A stretch of 64,000 bases of DNA, from assembly GCA_036570125.1 (NCBI GenBank), contig DATCPK010000027.1, forward strand, positions 22,166-86,165, in the 5' to 3' direction. How positions within the stretch are numbered: the stretch's first letter is position 1; every line of letters begins with the position of its first letter. Shown here one piece after another: positions 17,638 through 26,566 of the stretch. The DNA comes from Candidatus Limnocylindria bacterium (GTDB lineage Bacteria > Chloroflexota > Limnocylindria > P2-11E). The translations under genes were made by a program, and so were the position numbers. The notes below the pieces were generated by a model. It was not told where the DNA came from. It made no database searches and saw only the letters and a list, made by a program, of their open reading frames with translations.

Positions 17638-18318
17638 TTACGAGCGCCGGACCAGGAAGAACGCGATCGCCCCAAGCGCGACGACCGCGAGAGCCGCCGC
17701 GCCGATGAGGAGCGGGCCTGGAGTCTGCCCGGAGCCCGGGGTAGGCACGGGACTCTGTCGGACCGCAACGGTGCTGGGAGAGGCAGTCGGTGTGTCGGTC
17801 GCCGGCGGCGTGGGGGATGGGCTCGCGCTCGGTGGCGGGGTCGTCGGAGACTCGGTCGCGGTCGCCGTCGGTGCGGCCGTTGGCGGAGCGGTCGGCGCGA
17901 CGGTCGGTGGGTTGGTACGGACCGGTGTAGGTACCGGCGTGGGTACCGGTGTGGGCACCGGCGTCGGGGCGGGTGTTGTCACCGCCTGGACGACGATCGA
18001 ACCCTTCATGAATGTGTGAATGCTGCAGTGATAGGTGAACGTGCCCGCCACCGTGAACGTGAAGGAGAACGAACCGCCGTCGGGGAGCACCGGGGAATCC
18101 CATTTCGCGGTGTCCGACGTTGACGTGTGGCCGACCGCATCGCGATTTGTCCAGGTGACGGTATCGCCGACGCGCACCGTGGTCGTTGGCGGGTTGAAGG
18201 CTGAACCCTGGATCGTCACCTGACTCGTTGCCGCGAACGCCACGATCGGAAGAGCGAGCAACCCACATGCGGCGAGGAGGGCCGCTGCCCACGCGACGGC
18301 GGCGCGCCTCACGGCCAT
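17638..18318 (-). CDS. Type-1 copper (cupredoxin, plastocyanin/amicyanin-like) protein with Pro/Thr-rich linker and C-terminal TM anchor
   Basis: Signal peptide MAVRRAAVAWAAALLAACGLLALPIVAFA. Cu ligands GH...YHCSIHTFM. The long P/T/A/S linker ends in LLIGAAALAVVALGAIAFFLVRRS. Confidence 0.8.
   Translation of the reverse strand: MAVRRAAVAWAAALLAACGLLALPIVAFAATSQVTIQGSAFNPPTTTVRVGDTVTWTNRDAVGHTSTSDTAKWDSPVLPDGGSFSFTFTVAGTFTYHCSIHTFMKGSIVVQAVTTPAPTPVPTPVPTPVPTPVRTNPPTVAPTAPPTAAPTATATESPTTPPPSASPSPTPPATDTPTASPSTVAVRQSPVPTPGSGQTPGPLLIGAAALAVVALGAIAFFLVRRS
17921..17966. repeat. Short in-frame tandem repeat (12-nt units, PTPV x4) inside the cupredoxin linker
   Basis: accggtgtaggtaccggcgtgggtaccggtgtgggcaccggcgtc encodes TPVPTPVPTPVPTPV on the minus strand. 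Confidence 0.6.
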
Positions 18319-18330
18319 ACCCTACCCGTC

Positions 18331-19068
18331 GTGCCGACTTCCGAGTCCGCCGTTGCGCCCTTCGCCGCGCTCGCTCGCGACGCCGAGCGCATCGGAGTCC
18401 ATCTGGACGCCGGGACGCTCGCCCAGTGCGAGCGGTACGCGGATCTGCTCATCGAACGCAATACGACGATGAACCTCACTGCGATCACAGCGCCGGCCGA
18501 TATAGCGATGAAACATTTTCTCGACTCGTTCACCGCGGTCGCCGTGCGTACGTGGAGCGGTCGCGAGCGGATCATCGATGTCGGGAGCGGTGCCGGCTTT
18601 CCCGGCCTCGCCTTGCGGATCGCGCTCCCCAAAACGAGCGTGACGCTCGTGGAATCGATGGGCAAGAAAGCCCGCTTCCTCGAGGAGGTCGCGAGCGCCC
18701 TCGGGCTCGGTAACGTCGAGGTCCGCAACGAGCGCGCCGAAACGCTCGCGCACGTGCGGCGCGACCGCTATGACGTCGCGACCGCGCGCGCGGTCGGGAC
18801 GCTCGGCGCGATCGTCGAGTACCTTCTCCCGTTCCTCCGCGTCGGCGGCGACGCGATCGCTTGGAAAGGCCGCCTCGAGGCGGAGATCGCGGGCGCGAAG
18901 AAAGCCTGCGCGAGCATCGGCGGCGAGATCGTGAAGATCACGCCGACGTCGGAGCTCGGTCTTGGCGCGGTCCTGCCGGGCAGATCGCTCGTGGTGATCC
19001 GAAAGGTGCGCGACACGCCGGCGCGTTACCCGCGCTCCGCGGCCGAAACCAAACGTCGCCCGTGGTGA
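18331..19068 (+). CDS. rsmG: 16S rRNA (guanine527-N7)-methyltransferase RsmG
   Basis: ...LIERNTTMNLTAITAPADIAMKHFLDSF...IIDVGSGAGFPGLALRIA... Confidence 0.88.
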   Translation: MPTSESAVAPFAALARDAERIGVHLDAGTLAQCERYADLLIERNTTMNLTAITAPADIAMKHFLDSFTAVAVRTWSGRERIIDVGSGAGFPGLALRIALPKTSVTLVESMGKKARFLEEVASALGLGNVEVRNERAETLAHVRRDRYDVATARAVGTLGAIVEYLLPFLRVGGDAIAWKGRLEAEIAGAKKACASIGGEIVKITPTSELGLGAVLPGRSLVVIRKVRDTPARYPRSAAETKRRPW

Positions 19069-19763
19069 TCGTGCCGTCGATCGACGTACGCGCGGGACGG
19101 CTCGGCGATGGCACCGAGCAGGGCGTCGCCGCCAGGGCTGGCGAGCTCGTCGCGGACGGCGCGGAGGAGCTCCACCTCGTCGACCTCGACGGTGCGGAGA
19201 CCGGCTTGTTCCTGAACCTCGACCTCCTCGCGGACGTCGCCCGGGGCGTGGGCGTTCCCTGCCGTCTCGCGGGCGGCGTCTCACGTATCGATGAGGCGCG
19301 CCGGGCGATCGATCGCGGTTTCGCGGGAGTGCTCTTTTCGAGCGCCGTGTTCGGAGACGACGAGCTCCTACGAGATGTCGCGTCGCTCGGCGACCGCGCG
19401 ATCGTTGAGATCGAGGCGCGCGCGGGATTTCTCGAGCCGCGCGGCGGAGATGCGGGTCTCGTCACTGTCGCGACGGGCCGAGGGTCTCTGGCTTCGGCTC
19501 GGGCCGCGCAGCGCGCCGGAGTGCGGGCTCTGTACCTCATCGATCTGGGATCGGAAGGGCGGACGGCAGGCCCGCCGCTCGCCCTCGTCGACACGGTGCG
19601 TGCCGTTGTCGGAGCGAGCGTCGTCCTGCACGCGGGCGGCGGCGTCCGCGACCTCGACGACGTACGCGCGCTCGCATCGCGCGGTGTCGCGTCGGTCGTG
19701 ATCGGCCGCGCGCTCGCGGAGAAGCGGTTCACGATCCGCGCCGCGCGCGAGGCCGCCGCGTGA
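19065..19763 (+). CDS. HisA/HisF-family (beta/alpha)8-barrel protein, orphan copy
   Basis: VIVPSIDVRAGRL...HLVDLDGA...LAGGVSRIDEA...LYLIDLGSEGRTAG...LHAGGGVRDLDDV. GTGA overlap with rsmG. No other his genes are nearby. Confidence 0.65.
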   Translation: MIVPSIDVRAGRLGDGTEQGVAARAGELVADGAEELHLVDLDGAETGLFLNLDLLADVARGVGVPCRLAGGVSRIDEARRAIDRGFAGVLFSSAVFGDDELLRDVASLGDRAIVEIEARAGFLEPRGGDAGLVTVATGRGSLASARAAQRAGVRALYLIDLGSEGRTAGPPLALVDTVRAVVGASVVLHAGGGVRDLDDVRALASRGVASVVIGRALAEKRFTIRAAREAAA

Positions 19764-20476
19764 AGATCGGCGTCGTGAGCGACATCCACGCGAACATCGT
19801 CGCGCTCGAGACCGTGCTTGCGGACATGGGCGAGGTGGACGCGCTCTGGGTCTGCGGCGACACGGTCGGGTACGGCCCCGATCCGTCCGACGTTCTCGCG
19901 CTGCTCGTCCAGCGACAGGCGACGCTCGTTGCGGGCAACCACGACCGCGCCGTCGCGACGGGGGAGGATCTCGACTTATTCAATCCGCCGGCGGCGGTCG
20001 CGGCGAGGATGCATCAAGGCTGGCTGACGGCCGAGGAGCGCGACATGCTCGCGGCCCTTCCGCGGACGCTCGAAACGAGTGACGTAACCCTCTGTCACGG
20101 GAGCCTTCGCGACCCCCTGTGGGAATACGTGACGAATCCGAAGAGCGCCGCGGCCTCGCTCGCCCTCGCGAAGACCTCGCATTGCTGCGCCGGCCACACG
20201 CACGTGCCGTCCCTCTTCCGCGCCGGCAAGGAGCAGCAGCCGGGACGCGTCAATTACGACACGCCCTATCCTCTCGCGCCCCGCGCGTTTCTGAACCCGG
20301 GCAGCGTCGGCCAGCCGCGCGATGGCGATCCGCGCGCCGCCTACGCAACGATCGACCTGGAGGCGGGGACGGTCACGTTTCATCGTTCGACGTATCGCGT
20401 TGAGGAGACGCAACGCCGCATCCGCGAGCGCGGTCTTCCGGCGATCTTCGCGGACCGTCTTGGCTTCGGTCTTTGA
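19760..20476 (+). CDS. Metallophosphoesterase (YfcE/MJ0936-like)
   Basis: MKIGVVSDIHANIVALETVL...VCGDTVGYGPDP...VAGNHD...CHGS...GHTH. Confidence 0.85.
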   Translation: MKIGVVSDIHANIVALETVLADMGEVDALWVCGDTVGYGPDPSDVLALLVQRQATLVAGNHDRAVATGEDLDLFNPPAAVAARMHQGWLTAEERDMLAALPRTLETSDVTLCHGSLRDPLWEYVTNPKSAAASLALAKTSHCCAGHTHVPSLFRAGKEQQPGRVNYDTPYPLAPRAFLNPGSVGQPRDGDPRAAYATIDLEAGTVTFHRSTYRVEETQRRIRERGLPAIFADRLGFGL

Positions 20477-20868
20477 GCATCCCGTTCGTCGATCACAGCG
20501 CGGTACAACAGTCCGGTTACGAGGGCGAGCCGCGGGTCGCGGCCGCGACGGATCCGGCGGTCGCTGGCTTTGGTGAGCTGCTGTCGCGGGACACGAGGCG
20601 CCTTTACATCGTGGTCTTCGCGGGGTCACAGCGCACCGGCGGATATGCGATCCGCGTCGCCGGCGTGGACCGCGCGGGCGACACCCTCACCGTCCGCGCC
20701 GTGTTCGTCGCGCCGGAGCCCAATGCGCTCACCATCCAGGTGCTGACCTCGCCGGCGCACCTTGTCTCGATCGACCGTCAATCGGCCACCGGAGCGCGCG
20801 AGATCGTCCTTGTCGACCAATTGGCGGCGGAGCGGGCACGCGGCACCGTGCCACAATCGCTCCCCTGA
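20473..20868 (+). CDS. PrcB-family (protease complex subunit PrcB C-terminal domain-like) protein
   Basis: ...YIVVFAGSQRTGGYAIRVAGVDRAGDTLTVRAVFVAPEPNALTIQVLTSPAHLVSI, the pattern of the PrcB_C domain as I remember it. No signal peptide. Confidence 0.55.
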   Translation: MSIPFVDHSAVQQSGYEGEPRVAAATDPAVAGFGELLSRDTRRLYIVVFAGSQRTGGYAIRVAGVDRAGDTLTVRAVFVAPEPNALTIQVLTSPAHLVSIDRQSATGAREIVLVDQLAAERARGTVPQSLP

Positions 20869-20869
20869 C

Positions 20870-22927
20870 GTGACCGACGACAAAAGCAAAGACGAAGGTT
20901 CGGAAGCTCCTTCGCTCGAAGACCGCACTACGAAATCCGGACGGCTACCGGGAAATCGCTACGTCAAGCTTCACCGATCCGAGGGGTTTCGCCGTCGCGG
21001 CGACCGCTATATCGCCGACGAGGAGCTACTCGACCCCGAGAGTCGGACCGGGCGCGCGTATGAGGCCGTCCGCCGTTTTCTTTTCGGGAAGCGCCTCAGC
21101 ATGGAGGCGGAAGAGTCCGAACGTCTATCCGTCTTCACCGGCCTCGCGATCCTCGGCTCGGACAACATTTCCTCGTCCGCGTACGCGACCGAAGAAGCGA
21201 TGCGCGTGCTCGCGCTCGCCGGGATGGGCGCCTTTGTCTTCCTAACGCCGATTTCGATCGCGATCGTGGGCGTGCTCGCGATCGTGGTCCTCTCGCAATC
21301 TCAGGTGATCCAGGCGTATCCGAACGGTGGCGGCAGCTACATCGTCACCAGCGACAACCTCGGCACTATGCCCGGCCTCGTCGCGGCCGCCGCGCTCCTG
21401 ATCGACTACGTATTGACGGTCGCGACCTCCACTGCCGCCGGTGTTTACGCCATCACCAGCTTCGTGCCGGCGCTCCAACCGGATGCCGTTGCCATCGGGC
21501 TCGTGTTCATCGGTCTCCTGATGGTCGGTAACCTCCGGGGCGTCCGCGAGGCCGGCCTCATCTTCGCCGGGCCCACCTATGTCTACCTCTTCTCGCTGGG
21601 GGCATTGATCCTCTACGGGATCTTCAGGGTCGCCACGGGGGACATCCCGCCCGCTGCGGTGCCGCCGAATCCGTTCCCACCGGACGGAGAGGTCTCGCTC
21701 GCTGGTCTCGCCGGTGCTCTGCTCATCATCCGCGCGTTCGCCTCAGGCTCCGTAGGCCTGACGGGCAGCGAAGCCATCGCGAACGGTGTGCCGAGCATGG
21801 AGAAAGACGAGCGGCGTCATGCGACGATCACGCTTGTCGTAATGGGTGCGACGTTCGCCCTGCTCTTCCTCGGACTGACGTATCTCGCCCAGACGATCGG
21901 CACGATCCCAGACCGTCTAGAGGCGGAGTCGCTGAACAGTCTTGTGACGCGTTCGCTCGTCGGCGTATCGCCCTTCTACTACCTGGTCCAGGGATCGACC
22001 GCTGTCATCCTCGCGCTGGCCGCGAACACCGGCTTCACCGGATTTCCGCGCCTCGCGTCCGTCCTGGCGAACGATCGCTTCATGCCGCGACAGTTCGCGT
22101 ATCGCGGCGAACGACTCGCATTCTCGTTCGGCATCGTCGCGCTCGCGGCGGCGTCCGCGGTCGTCCTCGCGGTGAACGAAGGCAGCGTGACGAAGCTCAT
22201 TCCTTTTTACACGATCGGGGTGTTCCTCGCGATCACGCTCGCGCAGACCGGACTGGTCCGGCGCTGGCGACGGTTGCGGTCGCCCGGATGGCGATGGCGG
22301 GCTGGGCTGAACGCGCTCGGAGCTGTCGTGACCGGCCTCGTCTTGGTCGTTGTCCTGATCGCGAAAGCTCCCGAGGGTGCGTGGCTGATCGTGCTCATCA
22401 TTCCCCTACTGGTTGCCCTGTTGTACGCGATCCATCGGCACTACATGAGGACGCAAGACGCGCTCGTGATCGAGCACCTCGATGAAGCAGTTCCACCGAT
22501 GCGAGCTCCCGTCGTAATCGTCCCGGTTGGCCGCCTAGACAAGGCGACCGCGCGGGCCGTCGCGTTTGCTCGTTCGATCTCGCCGGCCGTCAAGGCGGTG
22601 CATGTCGGCACGAGCGAGGACAGTGCCCGAGAATTCCGCGCGCGTTGGGAGGCCTGGGCGGGCAAGGTCCCACTCGACGTCATCGAGTCGCCATACCGTT
22701 CGCTCGTGCCGCCCCTGCTGGCGTACATCGACGCGCTGCAGAAGCGGGAGCCGGACCGTCCGATCACGGTCGTCCTCGCCTCGTTCGTGCCGCACAGCTG
22801 GTGGGAGTGGCTACTGCACAGCCAGACCGCTCTTCGCCTGAAGGCGAGCCTTCTCTTCCGACCGAACACGATCGTGATCGATGTGCCGTACCACTTCGAC
22901 GACGGCCGTGAGGAACACCGGCATTGA
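20870..22927 (+). CDS. APC-superfamily permease with a ~200-aa C-terminal cytoplasmic domain, KimA (YdaO)-type K+ importer-like, paralogue 1
   Basis: RRFLFGKRL...GLAILGSDNISSSAYATEEAMRVL...AYPNGGGSYIV...LIIRAFASGSVGLTGSEAIANGVPS...LAANTGFTGFPRLASVLANDRFMPRQF...PFYTIGVFLAITLAQTG...HRHY...VIVPVGRL...AVHV...SPYRSLVPPL...PYHF. These motifs follow the KimA order as I recall it. GTG 20870 is 1 nt after the PrcB-like stop. Confidence 0.75.
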   Translation: MTDDKSKDEGSEAPSLEDRTTKSGRLPGNRYVKLHRSEGFRRRGDRYIADEELLDPESRTGRAYEAVRRFLFGKRLSMEAEESERLSVFTGLAILGSDNISSSAYATEEAMRVLALAGMGAFVFLTPISIAIVGVLAIVVLSQSQVIQAYPNGGGSYIVTSDNLGTMPGLVAAAALLIDYVLTVATSTAAGVYAITSFVPALQPDAVAIGLVFIGLLMVGNLRGVREAGLIFAGPTYVYLFSLGALILYGIFRVATGDIPPAAVPPNPFPPDGEVSLAGLAGALLIIRAFASGSVGLTGSEAIANGVPSMEKDERRHATITLVVMGATFALLFLGLTYLAQTIGTIPDRLEAESLNSLVTRSLVGVSPFYYLVQGSTAVILALAANTGFTGFPRLASVLANDRFMPRQFAYRGERLAFSFGIVALAAASAVVLAVNEGSVTKLIPFYTIGVFLAITLAQTGLVRRWRRLRSPGWRWRAGLNALGAVVTGLVLVVVLIAKAPEGAWLIVLIIPLLVALLYAIHRHYMRTQDALVIEHLDEAVPPMRAPVVIVPVGRLDKATARAVAFARSISPAVKAVHVGTSEDSAREFRARWEAWAGKVPLDVIESPYRSLVPPLLAYIDALQKREPDRPITVVLASFVPHSWWEWLLHSQTALRLKASLLFRPNTIVIDVPYHFDDGREEHRH

Positions 22928-24969
22928 GCGGCGAGGAGCCGGACCGACCGGAGACGCCGTCGCTCGAGAAGCGCGTGACCCAGTCAGGCCGTCACGTTGG
23001 CGATCGCTACGTCCGCATCATGAGGCCGACCGGCACAGGCATAAAAGGCCATGGCGGCCGGTACGTGGCCACCGAGCAGACGATGGAGCGGACGGGCCGC
23101 GTCGGGCACGCGTGGGACGGGGTGGTCCGGTTTCTCATAGGAAAGCGTCTGCACAGCGATGCCGAGTCGGAGGAGCGCGTCACCGTCGCGACGGGTCTTC
23201 CGATCCTCGCGTCCGACAACATCTCGTCGTCCGCGTATGCGACCGAGGAGGCCATGCGGATCCTCGCGATCGCGGGCACAGCCGCACTGTCGCTCACGAT
23301 GCCGATCGCGCTCGCCGTCGTGTTCGTTCTCGCGATCGTGATCCTCTCCGAATCGCGCGTGATCCGCGCATATCCGAACGGCGGCGGAAGCTACCTCGTC
23401 GCGCGCGAGAACCACGGCGTCATCGCCGGACTCGTGGCCGCATCGGCTCTCCTCATCGACTACGTGCTTACCGTTGCGGTGTCGACTGCGGCGGGCGTCG
23501 CCGCGATTTCGAGCTTTCTCCCGGAACTCCACGAGCAGCGCGTTCTTGTCGGGGTGGTCCTCATCGCGGTCCTCGCGATCGCCAACCTCCGCGGCGTACG
23601 CGAGGCGGGACTCCTCTTCGCCACGCCCACCTACGCGTACATGCTCGCGATGTACGGACTGCTCGCCTTTGGCCTGTTCCGCATCGTCACCGGGGATGTC
23701 CCGGCGCCGGTCACTCCGCCGGACCCATTCCTACCGGAGGGAACCGCAGCGCTATCGATCCTGCTCATCCTTCGCGCCTTTGCCTCAGGGTCGGTCGGCC
23801 TGACCGGCAGCGAGGCCGTCGCGAACGGCGTGCCGAGCTTTCGGCGGCCCGAGGCGAGAAACGCGGTGATCACGCTCGTTCTTATGGGCACGATCTTCGC
23901 GACGATCTTCCTCGGGGTCACCTATCTCGCCACGCGGATCGGCGTGCAGCCCGACCAGAGCGAGATCGAGACCGTGAACAGCATGATCACGCGGGCCGTC
24001 GTCGGTGCCGGCACGCCGTTCTACTACTTCGTACAGATCACGACCGCCGTCATCCTGCTTCTCGCGGCGAACACGGGCTTCACGGGGTTTCCGCGGCTCG
24101 CGTCGGTCCTCGCGAACGATCGGTTCATGCCTCGGCACTTCGCCGACGTCGGATCGCGCATGGCGTTCAACACCGGCATCGTTGTTCTCTCGGTGCTCGC
24201 CGCCGTGATCCTGGCGGCCTTCGGGGGAAGCGTGAATGCTCTCGTCCCGCTCTACACGATCGGTGTCTTCCTCGCGTTCACGCTCTCCCAGTCGGGCCTG
24301 GTCCGGCGGTGGCGGCGGCTGCGAAATCCGGGCTGGCGGCTCTCGATGGCCATCAACAGCTTCGGCGCCGTCGTGACTGGAACAGTCCTGATCGTGGTCG
24401 CCGTCACAAAGTTCGCGCTCGGCGCATGGATGGTCATGATCCTGATCCCCGTGATCGTGGGACTCCTCTACGCGATCAATCGGCACTATCAGACGACGCA
24501 GGACGCCCTCGTGCTCTCTGGAACGGACCAGCGCGTTCCGGTCTACGCCGCGCCGGTGGTCATCGTCCCGATCGCGCGTCTCGACCGGGCCGCTCTTCAG
24601 GCGCTCGCCTTCGCACGCTCGGTGTCGCCCACCGTCAAGGCCGTTCACGTGTCGACCTCGCGCGCGAGCGCCGACGAGTTCCGGGCGCGCTGGAACCGCC
24701 TGGACACCGACGTCGGCCTCGACGTTGTCGAATCGCCGTTCCGCTCGCTCGTACAGCCGCTCCTTCGCTATATCGATGCGATCGACAAGTCGGATGATCG
24801 GCCGATCACGGTGGTCTTGAGCGAGTTCGTCCCGCGGCACTGGTGGGAGTGGTTCCTGCATAGCCAGACCGCGTTCCGCCTCAAAGCGGCGCTCCTATTC
24901 CGCCCGAACACGATCGTGATCGACGTGCCCTACCACTACCAGGACACCGCCGACCTCGCGCGCCGCTAA
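22924..24969 (+). CDS. KimA-type APC permease-like, paralogue 2
   Basis: Same motif set as paralogue 1 (VRFLIGKRL, SDNISSSAYATEEAMRIL, AYPNGGGSYLV, LTGSEAVANGVPSF, ANTGFTGFPRLASVLANDRFMPRHF, NRHY, AVHV, SPFRSLVQPL, PYHY). TTGA overlap with paralogue 1. Confidence 0.75.
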   Translation: MSGEEPDRPETPSLEKRVTQSGRHVGDRYVRIMRPTGTGIKGHGGRYVATEQTMERTGRVGHAWDGVVRFLIGKRLHSDAESEERVTVATGLPILASDNISSSAYATEEAMRILAIAGTAALSLTMPIALAVVFVLAIVILSESRVIRAYPNGGGSYLVARENHGVIAGLVAASALLIDYVLTVAVSTAAGVAAISSFLPELHEQRVLVGVVLIAVLAIANLRGVREAGLLFATPTYAYMLAMYGLLAFGLFRIVTGDVPAPVTPPDPFLPEGTAALSILLILRAFASGSVGLTGSEAVANGVPSFRRPEARNAVITLVLMGTIFATIFLGVTYLATRIGVQPDQSEIETVNSMITRAVVGAGTPFYYFVQITTAVILLLAANTGFTGFPRLASVLANDRFMPRHFADVGSRMAFNTGIVVLSVLAAVILAAFGGSVNALVPLYTIGVFLAFTLSQSGLVRRWRRLRNPGWRLSMAINSFGAVVTGTVLIVVAVTKFALGAWMVMILIPVIVGLLYAINRHYQTTQDALVLSGTDQRVPVYAAPVVIVPIARLDRAALQALAFARSVSPTVKAVHVSTSRASADEFRARWNRLDTDVGLDVVESPFRSLVQPLLRYIDAIDKSDDRPITVVLSEFVPRHWWEWFLHSQTAFRLKAALLFRPNTIVIDVPYHYQDTADLARR

Positions 24970-24981
24970 ACTCGCGCACTC

Positions 24982-25410
24982 ATGCAACCGAAGCGCATCC
25001 TCGTGGCGCTCGCGGGGAGCAGCGCGGATCCCGACGTCATTCGACTGGTGGCCTGGATCGCGAAGCCGGCTAGGGCTGAGGTGGTCGGCATCCACGTCAT
25101 CGAGGTGCGGTGGAACCTACCGCTCGACGCGGTGATGGAACCGGAGCTCGACCGGGGCGAGGAACTGCTCGAAAGCGCGAAGAAAGTAGCCGACCAAGCT
25201 GGCCTCGACCTCGAGACGGAGCTCCTTCAGGCACGGGATGCGGCCGCGGCGATCGTCGACACGGCCGTGGAACGCAAGTGCGACCTCATCGTCGTTGCCA
25301 TGCCCTATCGGAAGCGATTAGGAAGGGTGTACGTGGGAAGAACCGTGCAGAACGTCTACGTCAACGCGCCGTGTGCGGTGCTCGCGTATCGTCAGGAAGA
25401 GAGCAAATGA
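24982..25410 (+). CDS. Universal stress protein (UspA family)
   Basis: MQPKRILVALAGSSADPDVIRLV...CDLIVVAMPYRKRLGRVYVGRTVQNVYVNAPCAVLAY. Confidence 0.85.
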   Translation: MQPKRILVALAGSSADPDVIRLVAWIAKPARAEVVGIHVIEVRWNLPLDAVMEPELDRGEELLESAKKVADQAGLDLETELLQARDAAAAIVDTAVERKCDLIVVAMPYRKRLGRVYVGRTVQNVYVNAPCAVLAYRQEESK

Positions 25411-25910
25411 ACGTCGTCATCGTCGGCTGTGGTCGTGTGGGTGGATTCCTCGCGGGTCTTCTCGATTCCGAGGGCCATCGCGTGAGCGTGGTCGATATCG
25501 CGTCGACGAGCCCGGCGCGCGCGGAGCGTGCATGGTTCCAGCACCTTCCCAGCTCCTTCAAGGGCGAGACGATCCTCGGAGACGGCACGGATCTCGAGGT
25601 GCTCCGCCAGGCGGGCATCGAGCGCGCCGACGCGTTTCTTGCGCTGACCGAGGGTGACAACCGGAACCTCATGGCCGCCCAGATCGCTCAGAAGATCTTT
25701 GGCCTGAAGCAGGTCATTGCGAAGGTGAACGACCCTGTACGCGCTCAGACGTATCGCGAGATGGGGATTAACACGTTCTCGCGAACGACGATTCTCGGCA
25801 CGCTCCTCCACGCGATGCTGCAGGACGACCGCGAGGTGGGGGAGGTCCTCGTGCGTAAGGCGCTCGCGCACGAGGCCGAAATGGTCCACGAGCCCGTGAA
25901 GGCCCGCTGA
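25407..25910 (+). CDS. TrkA-N (KTN/RCK N-terminal, NAD-binding) domain protein lacking an RCK_C domain
   Basis: MNVVIVGCGRVGGFLAGLLDSEGHRVSVVD...GDGTDLEVLRQAGIERADAFLALTEGDNRNL. ATGA overlap with usp. The ORF track start 25110 was discarded. Confidence 0.85.
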   Translation: MNVVIVGCGRVGGFLAGLLDSEGHRVSVVDIASTSPARAERAWFQHLPSSFKGETILGDGTDLEVLRQAGIERADAFLALTEGDNRNLMAAQIAQKIFGLKQVIAKVNDPVRAQTYREMGINTFSRTTILGTLLHAMLQDDREVGEVLVRKALAHEAEMVHEPVKAR

Positions 25911-26566
25911 TGTATTTCGTCGTGGCCGGCGCAGGTGAGGTCGGGTTCCATCTCTCGCAGGCGCTCCTCGAGTCCGGGCACGAGGTCACGGTCATCGAGG
26001 CCGATCGGCGCCGCGCCAATTTCGTTCAGGAGAAGCTCGGCTCGATCGTGATGAACGCTCCCGCGGACGAGGGGCGCGCGCAGATGGAGGCCGGCTGCAG
26101 CCGGGCCGACGCCTTGATCGCCGTCACCGGAGACGATGCAAAAAACCTGGTGATCTGCCAGCTTGCGAAGCTGCGCTGCGGCACTCCGCGGGTGATCGCG
26201 CGCGTCAACAACCCCAAGAACGAGATCGTCTTCAAGACACTCGGCATCGACGAGACCATCTCGTCGACCCGCGTGCTCATGAACGTCATCGAGCAGGAGC
26301 TCCCTTCAGGCGGGTTCATGCCGCTCATGTCGCTCGCTGGCTCCGCCAACGAGCTGATCGAGGCCGAGATCGCGATCGGAACGCCGCCGGCCGGCAAAAG
26401 TGTCGGGAGTTTGCGACTGCCGACCGGCGCGCTCGTCGGCGGGATCATCCGAAAGGGCAAGCTCATGCATGCGGATGACGAAACGAAGCTCGAGGTCGGG
26501 GATCGCGTGATGGTGTTCTCGCCCACTGCATCCGAGAGCGAGGTCCGGAAAGCGCTCTTCGGCTAA
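25910..26566 (+). CDS. TrkA/KtrA-like K+ transport regulatory protein (RCK_N + RCK_C)
   Basis: MYFVVAGAGEVGFHLSQALLESGHEVTVIE...ALIAVTGDDAKNLVICQLAK..., and C-terminal LIEAEIAIGTPPAGKSVGSLRLP...GDRVMVF. Confidence 0.88.
   Translation: MYFVVAGAGEVGFHLSQALLESGHEVTVIEADRRRANFVQEKLGSIVMNAPADEGRAQMEAGCSRADALIAVTGDDAKNLVICQLAKLRCGTPRVIARVNNPKNEIVFKTLGIDETISSTRVLMNVIEQELPSGGFMPLMSLAGSANELIEAEIAIGTPPAGKSVGSLRLPTGALVGGIIRKGKLMHADDETKLEVGDRVMVFSPTASESEVRKALFG

Noticed and set aside
17700-17975. Tandem-repeat region considered as a non-coding satellite.
   Set aside because: It is in frame within the cupredoxin gene and encodes a Pro/Thr/Ala/Ser linker, so it is low-complexity coding sequence.
22881-24797. 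A 638-aa plus-strand ORF, and similar long Arg-rich ORFs (for example 7623-9494, 45741-47411, 38000-39037, 6362-6667).
   Set aside because: These are alternative frames or spurious 5' extensions of real genes. They are extremely Arg/Pro/Gly-rich, have no recognisable domains, and overlap well-supported CDSs.
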